From: Armatimonadota bacterium
Lineage (GTDB): Bacteria > Sysuimicrobiota > Sysuimicrobiia > Sysuimicrobiales > Humicultoraceae
NCBI GenBank assembly: GCA_052386995.1
Contig: JBQTJP010000130.1
Coordinates: 1 to 22,521 of the forward strand
Length of the DNA: 22,521 nt
Direction: 5' to 3'
Below the pieces are notes generated by a model that made no database searches, had not been told where the DNA came from, and saw only the letters and a list, made by a program, of their open reading frames with translations. Each line of letters opens with the position of its first letter. The first letter of the stretch is position 1. Position numbers and translations under genes: made by a program. This document shows, piece by piece, positions 15,981 through 22,521 of this stretch.

Positions 15981-17450
15981 ATGGCAGACTTTCCCGACTA
16001 TTACGCGATTCTCGGCGTTCCTTCCGACGCCTCTCCTGAGGAGATCGAGCGTGCCTATGCTCGACGTCGCCACCGGGCGACGCCCCGACCTGACGGCGAT
16101 TACGGCACTGCGGTAGAGGTCGATCCGGCCGCTCAGGCCCTCATTGAAGAGGCCTACGATTCATTGCGGCACCTCGGCAAACGTCTGGACTACGATCGCT
16201 GGTATGCGTCATGGCATGACCAGGTCCGAAGAGAGTCTCCGCCCGCCGCATTATCGCGGCGTGCGGAGGCACGACACGCCTGCCCCCGGTGCGCCGGGAC
16301 CGGTCGTACGAAGTGCCTGGCCTGTGAGGGCCGTACCGGCCCCGACTGCGCGGGGTGTGGTGGCACGGGGACTCGTACGTGTGTAGTCTGCCTCGGATTG
16401 GGGACGTTGTCCGACGCGTTCTATCGAGAAGTTCAAGCCGAGCGCATACGAGCGGCGCGACGCTCGAATGAGACAGTGCCCCCCAGCCCAGAGGGTCCAC
16501 CGCCCGCACTTCACGCTACACCGCCGGGGAATAGGCAGCCGCTTCTCCGCGCCGGCACAATCGTGGTGTCAGCGGCGCTTGTCTTGGCCGCCATCTACGC
16601 CGCTCACAGCCTATATCAGCCCGCGCCACGACTGGAGATCTCTCGCACACCCGCAGCGACTGCACCGGGGCCCTCTTCGAGCATACCGGCACCTCGCGTC
16701 GCTATGCCGGCGCCCAAAGTCTTGGACTCTGCACCAGCTCCAGCGTCTGGCGGCGTACCAGGACCTCGTGTGGCCCCCCCGGCGCCGAAAGTCTTGAGCG
16801 CCACCCCAGCTCCAGCATCTGGGCGCAAGCGACGCGCATCAAGGGTATTGCAGAGTCCTCGGACCGCCACCCGTCAGGTTCGGGGCGCGACGACAGGCAA
16901 GAAAATCGCACGTCTAAGGACACCATTACCGCTTCCGCAACCGACTGCGGCTGTTCCCCAGGTGGCCCCGGCGCCGGCGGAAAGACCCGCGACGCCGGCA
17001 GCACCGGCACCGGCAGCACCGCCGCCGGCGTTGCCCGAGGCACCCGACAGGCACGCCATTGCTGGATCGATCATGGGGATGATCGCCGACTGGGCGGATT
17101 CGCTCATCGACGGTGACATAGACAGCCACATTCTGCACTACGCGGATGTCCTCGAACGCTACTTCACAAAGCGGAACGTCACCCGCCAGGTCGTCTATCA
17201 GGACAAGGAACGGTTCCTCTCCACTTATCGCGTTGTTGTGACGTACCGGATTCGCAACCTGGAGGTCCGGCCCGTGGCGGCGGATGTGGCCTTTGCGGTG
17301 TTCGACAAGGCCTGGGATTTCCGAACCGCCGATAACCGAAGGTTTGCCGGGGAAGAGCAGCAGCGTCTCAAGCTGCGTCTCTTCGACGGTCGCTGGAAGA
17401 TTGTGTCTGAAGAAGAGCTTCGCGTCTACTGGGTCGTGCAGCCGGAGTAA
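15981..17450 (+). CDS. Membrane protein: J-domain (no HPD) + four CxxCxG zinc motifs + TM helix + Pro/Ala linker + NTF2-like C-terminal domain
   Basis: DYYAILGVPSDASPEEIERAY...IEEAYDSL...RLDYD with RPD at the HPD position. CPRCAGTG/CLACEG/CAGCGGTG/CVVCLGLG. TM IVVSAALVLAAIYAA. C-terminus WADSL..GDIDSHILHYAD...DGRWKIVSE. Confidence 0.85.
   Translation: MADFPDYYAILGVPSDASPEEIERAYARRRHRATPRPDGDYGTAVEVDPAAQALIEEAYDSLRHLGKRLDYDRWYASWHDQVRRESPPAALSRRAEARHACPRCAGTGRTKCLACEGRTGPDCAGCGGTGTRTCVVCLGLGTLSDAFYREVQAERIRAARRSNETVPPSPEGPPPALHATPPGNRQPLLRAGTIVVSAALVLAAIYAAHSLYQPAPRLEISRTPAATAPGPSSSIPAPRVAMPAPKVLDSAPAPASGGVPGPRVAPPAPKVLSATPAPASGRKRRASRVLQSPRTATRQVRGATTGKKIARLRTPLPLPQPTAAVPQVAPAPAERPATPAAPAPAAPPPALPEAPDRHAIAGSIMGMIADWADSLIDGDIDSHILHYADVLERYFTKRNVTRQVVYQDKERFLSTYRVVVTYRIRNLEVRPVAADVAFAVFDKAWDFRTADNRRFAGEEQQRLKLRLFDGRWKIVSEEELRVYWVVQPE
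16684..16822 (+). repeat. Intragenic tandem repeat, 72-bp period (24 aa)
   Basis: PAPRVAMPAPKVLDSAPAPASG versus PGPRVAPPAPKVLSATPAPASG; DNA copies start at 16684 and 16756. Confidence 0.8.
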
Positions 17451-17814
17451 GAATCGAGAACTGTAGTAAGGATGGCGTCGTGCGCAGCGAATCCCGCTGG
17501 TGCAAGATGGCTCGTGTCTCCAACTTTTAGAGACCGATAGAAAGGAGGGGTGATGTCACGGAAGCGGATGTGCGTTGCTGTGCGCTGCGTGACGCGCTGG
17601 ACGGACAGTTTCGCGACGGGGGTAGTGGTGGGTGCATCTGGACCCGAGGCGGGGCGATAAAACGGTCGCGCGTCTGTGGCATGGGACCTTCTGGAGGCGT
17701 TCATCGCGGACATACGTATTCCATCAACCGCTTGGCCCCGAGGTGATCAAGTCGGTGCAAGAAGTGGACGAGCGAGAGCAGAGCAGAAGATACCCGTCGA
17801 TCGGCGTCGATCCA

Positions 17815-19518
17815 TCACCCTGAGGACGCCTGCTGGCGCTTCGCCCAGGAGTCACGCAGTGTGACGATGCGGTTGAAGACCAGATTGTCGGGTCTCGAGT
17901 CTGTCGGGTCTGGCCAGAAGTAGCCCAATCGCTCGAACTGATACCGGGTGTCGGAGGGATCCTGGAGCACGCTGGGCTCGACGAAGCCCTTGACGACGGC
18001 GAGTGACCCAGTATTGAGGTAATCGGTGAAGTCGTCACCGCCCGCTTCGGGATCAGGGGCCGTGAACAGGCGGTCGTAGAGCCGTATCTCCGCCGGTATC
18101 GCGTGCGCCGCGGAGACCCAATGGATGGTGCCCTTGACTGGGCCTCCGGCGGGCTGTTTCCCGAGCGTGTCCGGCTCATAGGTGCAGCGCAGCTCGACGA
18201 TCTCACCGCCCGCGCCCTTCACCATCTCTTCGCAGCGGATGATGTAGGCATGTCGCAGACGCACACGCCCGTCGGGGGAGAGGCGGTGGAAGCCCTTGGG
18301 CGGGTGCTCCATGAAATCGTCGCGTTCGATGTAGAGGTCGCGCGAGAACGGTACCGTCCGCGAGCCTTCCCTGGGCACGTCGTGGGGCCAGTAAGGCGCT
18401 TCGAGATGCTCCACCTTTCCCTCGGGATAATTGGTGAGCACGATCTTGAGGGGTCTGAGCACGGCCAGCACGCGCGGTGCGCGTGGGTTGAGGTCGTCGC
18501 GGATGGCCGCGTCCAGGGTTGCGATGTCCACCCGGTTCTCGGCCCTGGCGACGCCGACGCGGTTGGCAAACTCACGGATCGCTTCTGGGGGCACCCCGCG
18601 CCGCCTCAGGCCCGAGATGGTGAGCATACGCGGGTCGTCCCAACCCGTAACAAACCCGCCCTCCACCAGCTTGATCAGCTTGCGCTTCGACATCACGGTA
18701 TAGTCCAGGTTCCGCCGCGCGAACTCGTACTGGTAGGGACGCGGGGAGTGGGGGAGGCCGCACTTGCCGCGCAGGTTCTCCAGGAGCCAGTCGTAGATTG
18801 CGCGGTTGTTCTCAAACTCCAGCGTGCAGAGGCTGTGTGAGATCCCCTCGATGGCATCGGAGAGGGGATGGGCGAAGTCGTACAACGGATAGATGCACCA
18901 GGCATCGCCCGTGCGATAGTGCGACGCATGCACGATCCGGTAAAACACCGGGTCGCGCAGTTTCATGTTGGGGCTCGCCAGGTCTATCTTGGCCCGCAGC
19001 ACGTGCGCGCCGCCGGGGAACTCCCCACGGCGCATACGATCTAAGAGGTCTAAGTTCTCCTCCACGCTGCGATCGCGGTACGGGCTCGGCCTGCCGGGTT
19101 CAGTGATTGTGCCCCGGTACGAGCTCATCTCCTCGTCAGAGAGGCTGTCTACGTAGGCTTTACCGTCTTTGATGAGCTGCACCGCGAACGCGTATAGCCG
19201 GTCGAAGTAGTCGGACGCGTAGCACTCCCTGGTCCACCGGAAGCCGAGCCACTCAACGTCGCGCTTGATGTTGTCGACGTACTCAATGCTCTCGGTCTCG
19301 GGGTTGGTGTCATCGAAGCGCAGGTTGCACTCGCCGCCGTAGTCGAGCGCCAGCCCAAAGTTCAGGCAGATCGAGCTCGCGTGCCCAATGTGCAGATAGC
19401 CGTTGGGTTCGGGCGGGAAGCGCGTGATAACCTTAGGGTAGCGGTGCTGCCGCTGGTCTTCATCGATGATGTCTGTGATGAAGTTGGGGCTGACGCGCCG
19501 GGTCTCGGTTTTTTCCAT
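17815..19518 (-). CDS. glnS: Glutamine--tRNA ligase
   Basis: [69 protein letters not shown]. No C-terminal YqeY extension. Confidence 0.97.
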   Translation of the reverse strand: MEKTETRRVSPNFITDIIDEDQRQHRYPKVITRFPPEPNGYLHIGHASSICLNFGLALDYGGECNLRFDDTNPETESIEYVDNIKRDVEWLGFRWTRECYASDYFDRLYAFAVQLIKDGKAYVDSLSDEEMSSYRGTITEPGRPSPYRDRSVEENLDLLDRMRRGEFPGGAHVLRAKIDLASPNMKLRDPVFYRIVHASHYRTGDAWCIYPLYDFAHPLSDAIEGISHSLCTLEFENNRAIYDWLLENLRGKCGLPHSPRPYQYEFARRNLDYTVMSKRKLIKLVEGGFVTGWDDPRMLTISGLRRRGVPPEAIREFANRVGVARAENRVDIATLDAAIRDDLNPRAPRVLAVLRPLKIVLTNYPEGKVEHLEAPYWPHDVPREGSRTVPFSRDLYIERDDFMEHPPKGFHRLSPDGRVRLRHAYIIRCEEMVKGAGGEIVELRCTYEPDTLGKQPAGGPVKGTIHWVSAAHAIPAEIRLYDRLFTAPDPEAGGDDFTDYLNTGSLAVVKGFVEPSVLQDPSDTRYQFERLGYFWPDPTDSRPDNLVFNRIVTLRDSWAKRQQASSG

Positions 19519-19671
19519 GAGAACTCTTGGGGATAAGAATACACCCTGACATACGGGTCAGAAAGGGCGCGCGACGTCCCGTTTGAAGATGGCGGTGTGG
19601 GGGAAAACCCACCGTGGACGAACAGCAGGTAAACGTGCTTCACCATACTCGCTTCGAGGGGGAAAACCGGC

Positions 19672-19878
19672 ATGTGTTACAACTGCGGGTGTCAGATGCC
19701 AGACAATGACATGGGCAAGCCGACCAACATTACGAACAAGACACTTGAGGCAGCGGCCAAGGGCGAGGGGCAGACCGTGGAACAGGCCCGAAAGAATGCT
19801 CTGGAGTTGCTCAAGAAGGTCACGGGTGAAAAGCCAAGCAAGGTGGAGAAGGCCGGCAAATTCGACCGTTACACGTAG
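19672..19878 (+). CDS. Small hypothetical protein with N-terminal CxxCxC motif (68 aa)
   Basis: GAGGGGG RBS. MCYNCGCQMPDNDMG followed by an amphipathic helical region. Fills the gap between glnS and the pilin operon. Confidence 0.75.
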   Translation: MCYNCGCQMPDNDMGKPTNITNKTLEAAAKGEGQTVEQARKNALELLKKVTGEKPSKVEKAGKFDRYT

Positions 19879-19932
19879 ATTCCAGATGACCGAGAGGATC
19901 TCGCGGACAAAGCTGCTGTTTTGAGGCGTGGC

Positions 19933-21264
19933 CTAGAGTCCGCCGGAGATGAGCTCTTGCCAGAGATCGACCGTGATACCGCCCGGGATCCCCGGCCCGC
20001 CGCCATTGTAGGTGATGTTAGGATTTCCAGAGATCGTCGAAGGCCCCGTTACCACCGTGCTCGACGCGGCCTCATTCGTCGCCATGATCGAGCCGATGAT
20101 CGTGGGACTCCCACTGATTGAAAACTGTTCGCGGGCCACGAGCGAGCCGTTGTAGGACTGAGATGGGTTGGCGTCGATCTGAAGGTCGCCGCCGGCCACG
20201 AGGGCGAACCCTTCGGTCTTGGCGATCAGGACTGGACTTCCGGTAATGAGAATCGAGCCGGTGGCGAAGATTGACGCCCGCCAGGGCGCGCCCATGCTTC
20301 CGGGGCTGCCGGCGATGACGGCGTCCCCTTCGACATAGTACGTTCCATTCTGTTTGGCGTTGCCCGAGAGGTACCATCTGACCGGATTGGAACCGTCCCG
20401 CTTCCAGCCCAGGTACGCCGTTCCGCCCGTCGTGTTCGCCAGGGGCGTCCCGGGAGTACCGGCCTGGCCCGACTGACCCGCGTATACCCAGCCGTCCGAG
20501 CGAAGCTCGTAGTCCGCCAACAAGCGGAGCCCCGCCACGTTGATGAGGGGCATACGCATCCGCGGTCGGCCGCCGCCGGCGATGCCTCCAATCGTGGGGT
20601 TGCCGGGTTGAATGTAGGTGCCTGTGGCGGTTGCATTGCGCGCGACGGTAGGCGCCCCGGAGATCGACAGGTTGGCATTGGCGTGCACGGATCCCCGGTC
20701 GCCTGAGACGGTGGGGTTCCCCGTAATGAGGAGATCGCTGTCACTGAGAATCGCAGCGTTGGGCACAGTGCCGCTCGTGTAGATGACCTTGAGGACCCTG
20801 ACGGAGCGGGGGGAAGCGCGAGTGGGAACGTAGCCAACCGCGTAGAGGACGTTTCCCCGCGAGCCATCCGACTGGCCGGGTTTGATGAAGATTGTCTCGC
20901 CCGTCGTCAGGTTGAGCAGATCAGCGGACGCGGCGGCCTGGGCGACCACCCATCCGCGTTCCCCTTGCGCGCCGAAATCTGGCCGACCGTCGCCGTCGTC
21001 ATCCTCTGGCAACCGTTGCCCCGTGTCATACGCGGCGTTGCGCCCCACCACGAACATCAGATGGTTGAGCCCAGCTTCGGCCGCGTGGAGCGCCGCGGTC
21101 ACCGACTGATCCTGGAACGTGGAGCCGATGGCCGTGACGGCCAGCCGCGCCGCCACGAGGAGAAGCAGATCGAGGACCACAATGAGGGCGAGGACCGCGA
21201 GGACGCCGATCCCGCGTTCGCCGCGGTGCCCGTTGGGGTACGATCCTCCGCGCGTTCGCCTCAT
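19933..21264 (-). CDS. PilX-like minor pilin with a repetitive beta-solenoid-like C-terminal domain
   Basis: RGERG|IGVLAVLALIVVL prepilin-like N-terminus without E5, ALHAAEAGL PilX motif, and repeated I[ST]G[NSA]P units. Confidence 0.8.
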   Translation of the reverse strand: MRRTRGGSYPNGHRGERGIGVLAVLALIVVLDLLLLVAARLAVTAIGSTFQDQSVTAALHAAEAGLNHLMFVVGRNAAYDTGQRLPEDDDGDGRPDFGAQGERGWVVAQAAASADLLNLTTGETIFIKPGQSDGSRGNVLYAVGYVPTRASPRSVRVLKVIYTSGTVPNAAILSDSDLLITGNPTVSGDRGSVHANANLSISGAPTVARNATATGTYIQPGNPTIGGIAGGGRPRMRMPLINVAGLRLLADYELRSDGWVYAGQSGQAGTPGTPLANTTGGTAYLGWKRDGSNPVRWYLSGNAKQNGTYYVEGDAVIAGSPGSMGAPWRASIFATGSILITGSPVLIAKTEGFALVAGGDLQIDANPSQSYNGSLVAREQFSISGSPTIIGSIMATNEAASSTVVTGPSTISGNPNITYNGGGPGIPGGITVDLWQELISGGL

Positions 21265-21268
21265 GATT

Positions 21269-21883
21269 CTAGAAGCCCCTGAACCCGACGTTCCGCATCT
21301 GGACCACCGTCCGATAGCGTCCCGGCGCCTGCCGGTCGTCGGTTCGCAGATCGACTATGACTTCAAAGCCGATGGCCCGGATCGTAGCCGGCCAGCCCGC
21401 GCCGCCGGTGATCTGCGTTCCGTTGGCGTCGTAAAATGCCAGGAATGACCCGGCCGCGTTGACCACCGACGGAAGGAAGACGCCGAAGTTGGTCGGCATG
21501 GCATCCGCTCGGCCGTCTGCATCGGCATCGATGCGGGATACGCCTCGCTCGATCCTGCCCGCGTCGGCGACAAGGCGGTAGATCACCGCTTCCTTGAGCC
21601 CGTCGTTGTCCAGGTCGGCGTAGAATCCGATCTGATTGGAGTCCGCCACGGCAATCTCAGTGGCCTGGCGCAGGTTGCGCGCCAGGAGCTGGAGCGAAGA
21701 CCTGGCGCCCTCCTGCGATTCCCACTCGCGGGACGTGTTGCCGAGCAGGATGACGCCGCTCGAGTAGCCGGCGAAGACCATCAGGAAGACCGCCTGCAAG
21801 ACGATCACGCTGATCATGACCTCCATGATGCTGGCGCCGCGCGCGTCCTGGATGGCCCGCCGGAGAGACCGCCGGGCGTTCAT
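21269..21883 (-). CDS. PilW/PulJ-like minor prepilin
   Basis: MNARRSLRRAIQDARG|ASIMEVMISVIVL (E5 present) and QEGARSSLQLLARNLRQA. ATG 21883 overlaps the upstream TGA (ATGA). Confidence 0.85.
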   Translation of the reverse strand: MNARRSLRRAIQDARGASIMEVMISVIVLQAVFLMVFAGYSSGVILLGNTSREWESQEGARSSLQLLARNLRQATEIAVADSNQIGFYADLDNDGLKEAVIYRLVADAGRIERGVSRIDADADGRADAMPTNFGVFLPSVVNAAGSFLAFYDANGTQITGGAGWPATIRAIGFEVIVDLRTDDRQAPGRYRTVVQMRNVGFRGF

Positions 21884-22338
21884 GGTGTCACCAGCGTCGA
21901 CATCCGGACCTGCTGGGCTTCGGGCCAGTCGACGGTGACGAAGACCCGCTTGTAGTCCTGGGACCCATCGGCGTCCGCCGCACCCAGGCCATCGGTGGGA
22001 GCGTCCACGTAGGTCACGTACGTCCGCACGCGATACGCCACGTCGTAGCGCGTGATCGTCTGATCCTGGATGAGGCCGGATCGGGCGGTGACGATCGGCT
22101 CGCTGGAGTACCATGGGTTGGCTACGGGTACGTTCACGCCGATGGTGTCGTAGGGTCGGGTGCGTATGAGCTCGAGTGTCTCATTCGCCAGGCTGGCGGC
22201 CACTGTACGGATGCGCGCGCCTCCGACGTGCACCGAGCCGACGTAGAAGAATCGCATGCCGGCCCACAGCACGAGACTCATGAGGATAAATGAAATCAAC
22301 GTCTCCAGCAGGGCGAACCCTGCCTGCCCTGACCTCAT
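21880..22338 (-). CDS. PilV/PulI-like minor prepilin
   Basis: MRSGQAG|FALLETLISFILM N-methylation site, AASLANETLELIR, KRVFVTVDW; RBS AAGGAG. Confidence 0.88.
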   Translation of the reverse strand: MRSGQAGFALLETLISFILMSLVLWAGMRFFYVGSVHVGGARIRTVAASLANETLELIRTRPYDTIGVNVPVANPWYSSEPIVTARSGLIQDQTITRYDVAYRVRTYVTYVDAPTDGLGAADADGSQDYKRVFVTVDWPEAQQVRMSTLVTP

Positions 22339-22445
22339 GCTCGTCTCCTTGGGGCACTCAGCCGATGGCTGAGGAGCGTCCGGGCCGTCCGATGAAAGAA
22401 AAGGAATTGCGGATGAATACCCTGCGCATGAATGGGCACTTCACT

Positions 22446-22521
22446 GACTTCGCCAACCCGGCATACTCTTCGCTTCGGCTAGAGTCCCGTGGTTTTGCGC
22501 CCCGCCCTCGCGAGCGGTTGC
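22446..22521 (-). promoter_or_regulatory. GEMM-I (c-di-GMP-I family) riboswitch aptamer, 5' part cut by window edge; variant at the C92-equivalent position
   Basis: Minus strand reads GCAA CCGCUC-GCGA-GGGCGG GGCGCAAAACCACGGG ACUCU..AGAGU AUGCCGGGUUGGCGAAG. It has the P2 stem with a GNRA loop, the CGCAAA junction, P3 pairing AACC(A)CGG/CCGGGUU and the C44-G83 equivalent, in the 5' leader of a pilin operon. Confidence 0.85.

Noticed and set aside
3180..18840. Long antisense or alternate-frame ORFs (e.g. 3180..3968, 6947..7777, 10238..10840, 10866..11477, 12758..13510, 14602..15423, 18103..18840)
   Set aside because: Shadows of recognised genes in GC-rich DNA, with no family motifs.
19519..19671. 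T-box leader for glnS
   Set aside because: The intergenic region is short, shared with a divergent gene, and lacks the T-box consensus and terminator.
21884..22114. N-terminal extension of ORF 21269..22114
   Set aside because: Overlaps the PilV-like gene in another frame. The prepilin leader starts at ATG 21883 with an ATGA overlap.
4149..22521. Functional link between the island cyclase and the variant riboswitch
   Set aside because: Class III cyclases make cyclic mononucleotides whereas GEMM-I RNAs bind cyclic dinucleotides. The loci are 15 kb apart on opposite sides of the island boundary.

Overview
GC-rich bacterial window in three parts. (1) About 1-8951 is accessory DNA. It is cut by two 76-bp direct repeats (3145-3220, 8876-8951; 70/76 identical), each ending in a tRNA-Gln-type 3' end (GAATCCTCCTCCCCCAGCCA) and encoding, on the minus strand, the same peptide tail up to a TGA. 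I read these as att scars of tandem tRNA-integrated elements whose integrase gene spans attP. Cargo: a frameshifted RelE-like/HigA-like toxin-antitoxin pair, a secreted stand-alone lobe of an OppA/DppA-type binding protein, a secreted hypothetical protein, an M20 peptidase fragment, a class III cyclase-STAND ATPase-TPR protein and a BBE-type FAD oxidoreductase. (2) About 9240-14350 is a stress/detoxification cluster: ECF42-type promoter, DGPF/YciI protein, two DHFR-like (RibD-C) proteins, ECF42 sigma factor, probably leaderless ArsR-type regulator, SRPBCC and DUF1428. (3) About 14470-22521 holds dacB, a membrane J-domain protein lacking HPD, glnS, a small CxxCxC protein and a PilV/W/X-like minor pilin operon. 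The operon is preceded by a GEMM-I (c-di-GMP-I) riboswitch, cut by the window edge, whose ligand-pairing C92 appears to be G. All family calls come from motif recognition by eye; no database search was run.
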